Shown here: in pieces, positions 45,783-58,300 of the stretch
How the letters are laid out: each line of letters starts with the position of its first letter
How positions within the stretch are numbered: position 1 is the stretch's first letter
Assembly: GCF_009914755.1 (NCBI RefSeq)
Contig: NC_060936.1
From: the human T2T-CHM13v2.0 reference genome, Homo sapiens
DNA length: 64,000 bases
Reading direction: 5' to 3' (one strand)
Notes under the pieces: model-generated
Database searches by the model: none
What the model was told of the DNA's origin: nothing
What the model saw: only the letters and a program-made list of their open reading frames with translations
Made by a program: the position numbers and the translations under genes

Positions 45783-46092
45783 AAGTGCTTTCAAGCTATT
45801 TATAATAAAGGACCATCATTTTTATTTTTAATCTGTCATTGACTAAAACTTTTCTAAAATGTAGTAAAAATAAATAGCTAAAATCATGAAATTTAAAAGG
45901 CTATAAAAATACAAATTCAATTTATTTATTATTAGATTACATAAATATAAAATTAATCAATCTGTTCTAAAGGTTTCTAGCTCTACATTTCTGTGCTTTG
46001 TCATCAATGACTGATGGCAGACTTCTTTTATCAGCTCATAGCATACTTCTTTCACCTGTTCTTATCCTGGAACTATACTTTGAGTAGCACTG
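45783..46092. mobile_element. Charlie4-like hAT DNA transposon fragment inserted in a MIR
   Basis: terminal 'tactttgagtagcactg' and 'agtgctttcaag'. Confidence 0.5.
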
Positions 46093-47954
46093 TTTAGCAA
46101 CTTGTTACTCCTGTAGCAGATCAACATTATTTTGACTGCAAGGTTTTGTTCTGCACTTTTAATCACCAAGGCTTCTTTTTACATTTTAGGAACCTAGACC
46201 AAATTATCAATAGGCCCAAGCAAGAAATGCCTTTCTCAGACACCTTTTCACACTAAGGCTTACCTCATTTCCTGACCTCAATCTGACCTTTCTCTGTATG
46301 ACTGACAGTGGGAACAGTAGGGAATTATCAAGGAAACCCCACCCATCAGGGTGCGGTCCTATGACTCATCAGAACAAAGTAGTCCACTGTGCCTGCAGTG
46401 AAGTTATTCAATCTTAGATAATGCCACACATGGAGCATCAGGTTCCTCTCGTCAGGCTTCCTCCAGGGAGCTTCATGCCTACCAGTGTTTCCAACATTCT
46501 TGATGATCTTCTTTTCAGATTTCCTGCAATCAGTTGCCTGAAAGTTTTACACCCACAACTCTGAGAATAAGCAATAATCTACAGCACTGGGCAGTTTTGG
46601 AAAAGGAACATTTCTCCCAAAGACAACCAAATCCACAGAGGCCAGGTTCTACTAAAAGGGACTCAATTAACATTTCCCAATAGAACAAATAACTTCTTAG
46701 ACCGGAAACATCTGCATGCAAGTAATAGCCCTGTCTTTCTTCAGCATAATGTGGGGACCTAGTTTTACAATTTCATCCCTTAAAGACTCATTGTGCTGTG
46801 TGTTTTTCCTCAAAAAATAAATGGGTGGTCTAGCTTAAAAGTAAATACAAGTGTCTAAAATTTAGACAACAAAAAATGTATAACACCATTTACTTTTTTT
46901 TCCAAGTCATACTCACAGTTTAGAAGAATGCTAGTCCTGTTTCAGTCAGTCATTTTAATTCATAATTCAATATACACAGTCTATTTCAGAATTTTATAAC
47001 TTGCTATGAATACCAATCGCCCCTTCCCTTGAAATACCCCAAACCTAAAATAAACACTGGAATATATTTCTGATACATTTAACAGCACGAGGAAGATTCA
47101 TTGTAAGTTACATAGCTGAATATTATCACAAGAGAAAAGGTAGGTGAACAGATGCACCTAATTCGATGTGAGTCACTCGACCTGGCACTTCACAGAACCC
47201 TAAGTACATGTACTGAATGCTGCCCTCACCTCCCCAGTCATGACACATTTGCAGTGATGCAAGGAGAAGCATTATTCTAAAGTCAACTTCAAAATGCCTT
47301 AGGCTGGCAACAAATTATCATGTTGGTGGTTTCGGTAAGTGTGTAATATTTTAAACATTACATGTATAGAGGCCACCAACATGAAAATTTCTAAATGTTC
47401 TAGAATATTTTTCATTGTTGTTATTTTAATTACTTATTCCACTACCCAATTATGCCTTTTGCTTTTCTTCTTTTCTCTCTAGACAACTACCTCATGAGAC
47501 CTAAATAATTCACTCTATTCATAAGAGGTCATTTCTCTGATACCTGAGATGGATTTTCTAATTTGCAGATTATCCATTCTTTTTATTTTTCTCTTCTGCT
47601 TTGTGCCCTTTGCCATTTCAGTACTTGATTAATGTTTGCAAAGATCTAGAGGGAAGTGGGGAGAAAATGAAATCAATTCTGCTGTTTATGAGGAACTGCG
47701 ATAAAAGTTCCTACTGAGGACAATGGCTAAAGTAAGATTTTTCTGTGCAATGCCTCCATGACAAGAGCTATCTGAACACTGATAAACAGCACAGCAGTTT
47801 AGAATTGTCCTGAGGCAATTTTCAATTTTCCAGTTCTTTATAAGTAACTCTCTTCTCTATAGATATGCTTATTTAGGTATTTCTCTTGCATTTTCCCCTT
47901 TCAAGAGAGCAGACTTTCATTATTTTGTAGCAAAGATTTTTTGGTATTGATTCT

Positions 47955-49697
<1,743 letters not shown>

Positions 49698-49715
49698 TCA
49701 AAAAACTTGTGTCTA

Positions 49716-50050
49716 CACTGGATTAGTTTGGACTTTTTAGTTGCAAATAATAAAATTTAACTTGAGTTAGTTAATTCAAGGTATGTATGTTTATACACAT
49801 AGCTATATTGCATTTCTAAATATCTCAGTTATAAGGTATACTGAAGTGACCAAGATTTAATTCATCATAAAGGATACATGCATCTTTCAGACCTTGCCCA
49901 CAAATCTCCCCATGTGCTGCTCCAAGCTCTTTCCCCTCTACTGGCCTGATATAGACAATGACAGGAGGAGGGGACCCATAGATGGACAGAGTACAGAGGA
50001 GAGTTATTTTGGCTACTTGAGCAGCCTTCCTGGACAGTACCATGAGACTT
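49716..50050 (-). mobile_element. Old MLT1 LTR fragment
   Basis: 'attagtttggactttttagttgcaaataataaaa' antisense MLT1 end. Confidence 0.45.
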
Positions 50051-50454
50051 CAATATCTATTTGCTACTACAGTCTAACTAATGGATGATATTGGAGATTT
50101 ACTTTATAATTTATAATTAATTTTATAAATACATGAAGTTATTCTTGTTACAAGCAATAAATAAGTAATAATAAATAAATTGATCAATTTTAAAATAGGA
50201 TATTGTCCAGCTGATTTCTAGTAGTTGTGCTCTACAAGCAGGGGAAAAATGTTTTAAATGACTTCTCTATAATTCATCCAGCTAAACTTTTAGGGAAGTT
50301 TCCTACAATTAATTATCTTTAAGAATCAGACTCCCACATCATAAAACACAAATCTTAGACTTAAAATATTTGTTTTTTGAAGGGGAGCTGAGTCATACTT
50401 TAGCTTTCTTCACAATAGTAGGATTTTTAGCCCCTATTTTACACACAAGGAGAC

Positions 50455-50978
50455 TGTGTTTCTTTTCTGTTGCCACTGTAAAAAATTGCCACGCACTGAA
50501 GTGTCTTAACATTACAGAAGTGTAAGATCTCACAGTTCTGTAGGTCAGAAGTCTGACCTGGGTGTCACTGAGCTAAATCAATGTGTCTGCTGGCCTGCCT
50601 TCCTTTCTAGAGTCTCTATTGGAGAATCCATTTCCTTTGCTTTTCCAGCTTCTAGAGGCTGCCCACATTCCTTGGTTCATAACTCTCTTTCTCCATCTTC
50701 AAAACCTGTAAGAGCAGCTTTGAAGTCCTCCTTATATAGCATGACTCTGACCTTCTTTTCCTCCTCCTTTTCTACTTTTAAGGACTCTTACTATTATATC
50801 GGCCCTACCCTGATAAGCAAGGATAATCTCCCTATTTTAAGGCCAGCTGATTAGCAAATTTAATTCCATCTACAAACTTAATTTTCCTTTACCATGTAAC
50901 TTAATATATTCATGGGTTCCAGGGATTGGGACTTTGACCTTTTTGGGGCGGTGGCTGGGCATTATTTAACCTGTCAAA
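50455..50978 (-). mobile_element. MLT1C LTR inserted in a MIR
   Basis: 'cacagttctgtaggtcagaagtctgac', 'ccagcttctagaggctgcccacattccttgg', 'ggataatctccctattttaagg'. Confidence 0.85.
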
Positions 50979-52479
50979 GAAACTGAGGCAAACAGATGTC
51001 AAATTAGCATTCCCTATGTTAGATTCATTGCATTGCAGTATTTTATGTTTGTATCTTTGCTAACTATCCTTTAGTTCTTCATCACTGATTAAATTCATTC
51101 TTCTATCTCTTTTAACTAAAATAAATCTTTTTGGTTTTTTGGCCAGGACTTCTGCATATTAGAAGAATTTGAGTTTTGATTATAATTTACCTATGTGGCT
51201 AAACCATCTTTGTGACCCAGTTTTGTTCAGCACACAGATATTGCCAACCACATTTGTCTAGGCTTTCATAACAGTTGACATTCTAAGCATCTCTTTCTTG
51301 TAGTAAAATAAGTCTCCGTACTTTAACGGAGACACTTTTTCTCCCATGGCATAAATAGAAAACATGTGCCTGTGTCCACCCTCTGCTGCAGATTCGTTGT
51401 CTACTCTTTTCTGTCATGCACTGTTTGTACAGCAGACTGACCCCATGTGAACTACAAATCCCAGGCTTGCTGACCAGCTGGCCTCTAATTGTGTTTATCA
51501 ATGGAAGACAAGGGCAGGAGATCAGAGTGGGAAGGGAGAGGGCATAGAGTATTTCTCCCCTTCACTCTCCCTGCTTTCACACCGTATTTACATAGGGCCA
51601 ATTCCACCTTTTTCCTCAACCATTGTTTCTTTCCATTGGGAGACCACAAGTCTATAGTCCCAGCTCCCACTGAGCATTAATGATGCTATTTTCTCCCCTT
51701 TCCTACTCAGTGCTAAGAGTAGTAATGTTACAGTTAAGAGTCATAGTATCAGTTTATGAAGCATTTAGTAGACCTAATAACCTTTAAAATTATATAACAT
51801 TTCTTTCATAAGTTCCCTTTCATGAATCTTTTTATGACTTCCACAGACTACCTATGACATGCTTGTACTTTCTGACTTATCCTAAACATCTGTCCTTTTA
51901 AACAACCAGTCATTTTACTTTAGGGCAAGAATTTACCATACAAGATTCTTTGTCATATAAAACCTTTAAAATTTTTAACCTTCCTTACCAAAAATACATT
52001 TTTACATTTATAACCTTTGAATTAGACAAAAGTCATTATCCTTCTGTTAGGAAGTTTTGGTTTGCACTGCATATTGCTATGTAAGTCCTGTGAAGGGGGA
52101 GTAGATAAAGAGGTTATCTAAGTTATTCCCCCTCAAGAGATTGTTCACTTAGATTTTTGCTAGGGCTTGTCTGAATACGTGTGGGCTATTTTTAAACCCC
52201 TGTGTTAGGACTGACAAGGTTAAAGTTATTGGTTAGAAATAGAGCTATCAGAGAGAAAGATGAATTCAGAGACTGGGTAAATATTAAGCAGGCACCCATC
52301 TTGGAAATTATATTTTTGCCCTAAAGAGGTGGGAATCTTTTCTTTTGGAAGGATGGGGAGCCATTTGCCCCATTACCCAACAGGATTTGAAAGAAAGTTG
52401 CTCAGAGAAAGAGAGTAGCACAAAGTAGCTCTTGAACCCAAAAGGGACATTTATAATTTTACTTGCTGCCTCCAGAATC

Positions 52480-53077
52480 ACTCATGGCTTTGTCCTGTTG
52501 ATGACAATGTCTGATTTGGAAGCCAGCCAGAGCAGAGAGCCCCTTCAGCTCAAGTCCATCAGGGGTTGGGATTCTTTCCCAGGTGCCCTTTGGCCCTAAG
52601 GGCAGTCTCATTTTCAGTAGCTGAGCTTGTGGCAGAGGAGGCAAGCCATGTGGGGCTTTTTCCCATTTTTCCCATTGGGGCAGTTTGCCTTCTAGTGGCC
52701 TGACTTCCTGTACTGATGGCAGTCACACATAAGGGTATACTGAGGGCGACCTGGAGCAGGCTGGAGAGCTTTTAAAGCAGCCAGTAGTTTAGCCTGTCTC
52801 TTGTCCCTGCATTTCTCCTTTGTCCCAGCCCTGTCCTCCTTATTCTGCTCTCAGTTATAAAAGACTGAGGAGGTTAATTTGAGGATTTCCTGCATAAGGG
52901 CACTGGGTTCTAAGGCTGACTTTTGTAATTTTTTTTCCAGTTCATTTTTTAGGCCAATCAGTATTACCAACATAGCCTAGTTTTTTTGGTTTAAGATTTG
53001 GGAGAATGAAACTTTTCCCAGTTCTTGAGGAAGTATCCAAGGGGCATGTCCTGTGATATGGAGATGCGATTACCCAT
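52480..53077 (-). pseudogene. ERV1 gag remnant (MA start joined to NC region, internally deleted)
   Basis: MA-like N-terminus within ORF 52991-53353; minus-strand CHQYRKSGH*KANCP resembles CX2CX4HX4C. Confidence 0.65.
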
Positions 53078-54014
53078 TTGTGAAGAGAGAACAGAGGAGA
53101 AAAAAAGGAAAAAGAAGGCATCTCCTTTTACTTTCCTATTATCCTGAATGGGGCATTCCCTGCTCATCCTTAGGTTGTCCTTAGGGTTCCAGAATAGATT
53201 ACTCTTACCATGGGCCCTTAACCTTGGTCCCATCTCATCACAATTACCCACTTGAGAACAGAGGAGATACTGGAGTGAACAGTGGGCCCCTTGTTCATCC
53301 TTTGGGTTCTGAAATGAACTGGTCTTACTGTGTACTCCTAACCTTACCTTCATCTCTGTTCTAATAGTAATCTATTAGTCTGGGACCAGCCTTCATCGCT
53401 GTCCTATGGGTCTCTTATGCCTGCGGCCTTGGCCGGCTTGTATCCTTGTCTCCATGACCTTATAGCGACTCTCATTCAGAGCATTTTAGAAACAAAATAG
53501 TTATCTCTTTTCTTAGGTTCCCATTTCCCACATTCTTTCAGTATAAGAGAAGCCTGTTTTTCAGCTAATTGCTACAAGAGGTCTGGATTCCCTTCCTTTG
53601 AATATCACCTTGAAGGTCTTGATGCATGTTGGGAAGCATGTGGAAGTGATTAGAGAAATGGAGGCTGCAGGAGGAAGGGGGAGAAAGCAAGAGGAATACC
53701 CCTGGGAAGGCTTAATATGCTCGCAAAAACAGCAGCCCTTGGATTCAAGAGGGCAACATTTATTTGCCCTCTTGACACAAAGGAGTAACCTTCAGAAGAC
53801 TTGGGGCTTGGTGTAAGAATGTGTAAAAGGCAAAAGAAGAATTTCCCTTCTCCCAAATGAGTGCTACCTCAAAAAAAGCACGTAAGTGGGGTCCTTAAGG
53901 GACTACAGAGTGAGGCCCTAGGCAGACACACAAACTGTTTCAGAAACAACCAGAAAACTCAGCCCTGGGGTGTTAACAGGAAATTATTAATAAGTATTGA
54001 AAAATATATGATCA

Positions 54015-55308
54015 TGTGTCCAGAATTGGTGGGTTCTTGGTCTTGCTGACTTCAAGAATGAAGCCACGGACCCTCGTGGTGAGTGTTACAGTTCTCAAAG
54101 ATGGTATGTCCAGAGTTTGTTCCTTCAGATGATCAGATGTGTCTGGAGTTTCTTCCTTCTGGTGGGTTCATGGTCTCATTGACTTCAGGAGTGAAGCTGC
54201 AGACCTTCACGGTGAGTGTTACAGCTTTTAAAGGTGGCACGTCTGCAGTTGTTTGTTTCTTCCAGTGGGCTTGTGGTCTCCCTGGCCTCAGAAGTGAAGC
54301 TGCACACCTTCGCGGTGAGTGTTACAGTTCATAAACGTGGCGCTTCCGGAGTTGTTCGTCCCTCTCTGTGGGTTGGTGGTCTCACTGGCTTCAGGAGTGA
54401 AGCTGCAGACCTTCGCAGTGAGTGTTACAGCTCACAAAGGTGGCGCAGATGCAAAGAGTGAGCAGCAGCAAGATTTATCGCGAAGAGCAAAAAAAAAAAA
54501 AAAACTTCCACAGTGTGAAAGGGCACCCAAAGGGGTTGCCCTTGCTGGCTTGGGTGGCCTGCTTTTATTCCCTTATCTGGCCCCACCCACATCCTACTGA
54601 TTGATCCATTTTACAGAGAGCTGATTGGTCCATTTTACAGAGAGCTGATTGGTTCGTTTTACAGAGAGCTGATTGGTCCGTTTTTGACAGAGTGCTGATT
54701 GGTGCATTTACAAACCTTTAGCTAGACACAGAGTGCTGATTGGTGCATTTACAATCCTTTAGACACAAAAGTTCACCAAGTCCCCACCTGATTAGCTAGA
54801 CACAGAGTGCTGATTGGTCCATTTACAAACCTTTTGCTAGACACAGAGTGCTGATTGGTGCGTTTACAATTCTTTAGCTAGACGGAAAAGTTCTCCAAGT
54901 CCCTACCCGTCCCACAAGCCCAGCCGGCTTCACCTCTCACTGGCACTCGCCATGGGACTTCGTGGCACCTAGCCCGTGCACTCCCGCAGCCCAGAGGGAG
55001 CTCATCCCTGATTAAGCCCACCAGGCGGCCGCGGGCTGCGCAGAGTGCGAGTGCGGGGCCTCCAAGCCCACGCCCCGGAACCCGCTGCCGCAGCGACTGC
55101 CTTGTGCAGCCCCAGCTCCTGCCTGCGACTCTCCCTCCACACCTCCCAGCAAGCAGAGGGAGCTGGCTCCAGCCTCGGCCAGCCCCAGAGAGGGGCCCCC
55201 ACAGCGCAGCAGTGGGCTGAAGGGTTCCTTGAGCATGGCCAGGCGGATGCCCGAGGCCGAGGAGGTGCAGAGAGCAAGTGAGGGCTGCTAGCACGTTGTC
55301 ACCTCTCA
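54015..55308 (-). mobile_element. LTR12 (D/E-like, ERV9) solo LTR, ~1.3 kb
   Basis: tgtgtccagaattggtgggttcttggtc...gcacgttgtcacctctca; U5 tandem 'tcaggagtgaagctgcagaccttc' repeats; TSD atca/ataa. Confidence 0.95.
54555..54880 (-). promoter_or_regulatory. LTR12 U3 enhancer/promoter: 7 CCAAT (NF-Y) boxes, GATA, CACCC and AATAAA-type TATA
   Basis: ctgattggt at 54621, 54645, 54669, 54695, 54736, 54810, 54851; cttatct and cttttatt at ~54562-54578; activity not shown. Confidence 0.7.
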
Positions 55309-56049
55309 ATAAGTCATAAGGAGCTGTCAGAGCTGGAGTTCTAATTAGTGTCTGTCCTGGCAATGTGCCAGCACACAGGGGACGTGTTGGAGGTCATCTG
55401 AGCTGGTAGGGTAAAAACAAGTATAACTCTCGGGGGGTATCTGCAAGAGAGCCCATGTCTTTGCAGCCACACAAAGGCAGTAAGAGCCACGGGCACACAA
55501 GTAAAAGGGAGTGTGTGTTTAAGAAGTCATGTGGCATGCAAAGTGAAAGCAAAGAGGCAGACTTACCCCTGAGGTGGACAGTCCAGCAGGTGTGCAAGGC
55601 CATTTCAGAACATACAGAGAAAAACAGGAGAATAGGCAGTGTGTGTTCTTGGGAAAGAGCCAATTTTAGTTGAAAAAGCAGAGGAAACCCCAGGCATTGC
55701 ACAGTTTTAAGCTTTAGCATTACCATTCTCACAAGCCTTCTGTTTAGGAGGGTCTTTAGTGCCTCAGTTTTACTTGGTGAGGACCCCAAGGTCCTTTCCA
55801 CCCCCATGAGCCATCCATTAGGGTGAGCTGTGAGATTAGCTTGAGCGAGCACTGAGGAATCATTCTGGGAGTTGGTTAGTAAGCAGGAGAGTAAAAGGGG
55901 AGAAGAAAATCATATATGGGGGAGTTAAATGCCTCCAGCCAAGGCAAGTGAAATGTAGAGGTGTCTTACCACTGGAGAACATATCCTAGTCATATAGCAC
56001 CAAAGTGTGCTAGTGTTGGAAGTTATCCAAGTCATACAGCACCAAAGTA

Positions 56050-56761
56050 TGTTACCGGCGATGAATCCATATGGGTCTGCAGCAACCTCAATTCTTGCTT
56101 CCTCAGAAGAAAGAATTCAACTGAGGGGCATAAGGCAGAGTGAGAGACTGAGGCAAGTTTTAGAGCAAGAGTGAAAGTTTATTAAAAAGCTTTAAAGCAG
56201 GAACAAAAGGAAGTACACTTGGAAGAGGGCCAAGCAGGCAACTGAAGAGATCAGATCCATGGTTTGACCTTTTGACTTGGGGTTTTACATGTTGACATTC
56301 TTCTGGGATCTGCATTACTTCTCCCCTGATTTTTTTTCCCTTGGAGTGGGCTGTGCACATGAACAGTGGCCTGCTAGCACTTGGAAGGGGAGAGGGGAGC
56401 ATGTGCAGTGTTTCTTGAAGTTGTACAGATGCGTATTTGAGGTATTCTTCCCTTACCAGTTGAGTGTCCCTAGGAAGTATACCAGTTAAACTCCACCATT
56501 TTGCCTCTTACTGCACATGCTTGAGCCCACTTGCCCAACTCCTGAGATTTTATCAAGAAGCTGCTGATCACCAGTTTCAGGTTTTTTCCTGTCTACTGAA
56601 AGACTGGCTTTTCCTGGCGCTGGCTGCTACCAAGTATTATTTTAGAGAGACAGTTAACAACTGCCTGACCACCACTTGACGGTCACCTGACATTCCTGGT
56701 GGTTGGGAGGGGTGGACCCTCTCCTGCCCTGCTCTTGCCTGACTACCTACCTACTATAACA
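56050..56761 (-). mobile_element. MER50 LTR (5' LTR of the provirus)
   Basis: 'gggtctgcagcaacctcaattcttgcttcctcagaagaaagaattc...ctctcctgccctgctc..gcctgactacctac..taaca'; 4-bp TSD gtaa at 51722 and 56762. Confidence 0.88.
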
Positions 56762-57049
56762 GTAATAACTTTCCACTGTTACTGGTCTCTGGTCCTTCAT
56801 CAACCCTTGTTTGTTCTCCTCATTTGCTCCATACTTCTATTGAAGTTTTTCAACAAGTCTCTTCATTTGAAACAATCCTGTTTTCTGCTAGAATTCTGAC
56901 AAACTATCGGGAAACAAATTTCTCAAAAAAGGAATTTTTATGTTTTGTTAGTGATAAACAGATCTCCAGTATAGGGTCTTTCTGTACTTTCATGTTTTTT
57001 TTTCTCTTCCTCTTATATTTTGTAGATTCCTCATAGAGATCAGAATTGT

Positions 57050-58300
57050 TGGTTCATTCATTCATTATTCAATATTTATTTGGAATGAAACAGGGATTTT
57101 ATTATATTGATGTACAAAACAAACAATATTGGAGCTATAGCCCAGCAATGAGGTGGAGGGAGAGTCCTCAAATAGTAAAAAACTATGAAATTACAATCTG
57201 TCTTATCTGACGTATATGTATATGTATAAAGTAGAACATATTCCTCCTATCTAGTTGTAATTTTGTATCCGTTAACCAATATCTAGTTATCCCCCTCTCC
57301 AACTCGTCCTCTATTCTATAAATATGTATTATCATGTGTCAATTAAAGTAATAATTTTTAAAAGTAGAGGGGGCTGTGAACATGAAAAGAGGGTGACTAA
57401 CTGACTTTGGGGGAGAGGTTGATGGAAACTTCCTCCTGAGGTGGGGGAGAGGTTGATGGAAACTTCCTCCTGAGGTGAGATATGTGCTGAGAGCAGAGTG
57501 GAGTGGGGAGAAAGCAGGTAGTGTGGTTAGAAGAAAGATTCAAGCACTGCACAGAATGTGCAAGGCCTCAAGCAAGCATAGAACTTAACATGCTTGAGAA
57601 ATCTAGAAACCAGTGAAGCTAGATGGCTGAGAGCAAGGAGAATGGTAAAAGGTACTATGGAGAACAAGTCGGGGCCAATTAACTAAAGATTTTGCATCCA
57701 TGTCAAATACAATAAATATTTTGGTCATTGTATTAAGAGCTACTGGAGGCCATTGAATGATTTTAAGCATATGATTGACTTAAAAAAAACCTTGTGTTTT
57801 TAAATAATAACTGGCTTCCGTGGAAAGGATGGTTTGTGAGAAAGCAGTAAGATATGAATCTAACAGGGTGGAAGATTTCTCATTCAGGCAAGTGATGAGG
57901 GTAGCCTGGGCCAGGATGGACATAGTGGAGATAGACAAAAAGGGACAAATTTGGGAGTTTAAAATTGCCAGGACTTTATGAAAAATAGGATAAGAAAGAG
58001 GGAAATATCAAGAATGAGTTCTAAACTTCCAGCTTGGGCAACTGGATGAGGCCTTTCTGAGACAGGGACCATTGGAGGAAGTCCAGGTTTTGAGAGAGGG
58101 ATGGCGTATGTTTACTGTAAGATGTGCAGCATTGAAATGACTTTTAGGCTGGACACTCAAGTAGTTGAATCTCATAGACAGAGGCAGAAAGTTTCTGACT
58201 GACATCTTGAGTGACGAGGAGGGAGAAAAGAATGAGATTGAAAGAGGATTTTTAAGAAGTTTAGAGTGTAACCGAAGTGGGCATTGTGATTAATCCAGGG
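57050..58300 (-). mobile_element. L2 fragment with a small L1M 3' piece at ~57225-57360
   Basis: 'ttcattcattcattattcaatatttatt', 'ggaggccattgaatgattttaagca', 'ttccagcttgggcaactgg'. Confidence 0.7.
57408..57475. repeat. Perfect 34-bp tandem duplication
   Basis: tgggggagaggttgatggaaacttcctcctgagg x2. Confidence 0.95.

Larger units (their letters stand above)
51726..56049 (-). mobile_element. MER50/MER4-group ERV1 internal region (leader and gag remnant; pol/env and 3' LTR deleted)
   Basis: adjoins the LTR via a PBS-like site; gag MA-like 'MGNRISISQDMPLGYFLKNWEKF'; decayed zinc knuckle at ~52675-52725. Confidence 0.75.
51400..56905 (+). mobile_element. LTR33-like (ERVL) LTR in two pieces (~51400-51725, 56762-56905), split by the ERV1 provirus
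   Basis: 'ggcaggagatcagagtgggaagggagag...gtatttctccc', continues after the insert as 'taataactttccactgttactggtctctgg'. Confidence 0.6.

Noticed and set aside
54030-54880. Regularly spaced repeats superficially like a CRISPR array
   Set aside because: These are the known U5 and U3 tandem repeats of LTR12; no unique spacers, no cas genes, eukaryotic context.
54878-55363. 161-aa GC-rich ORF and overlapping ORFs
   Set aside because: They lie in LTR12 U3, where high GC suppresses stop codons; no recognisable domain.
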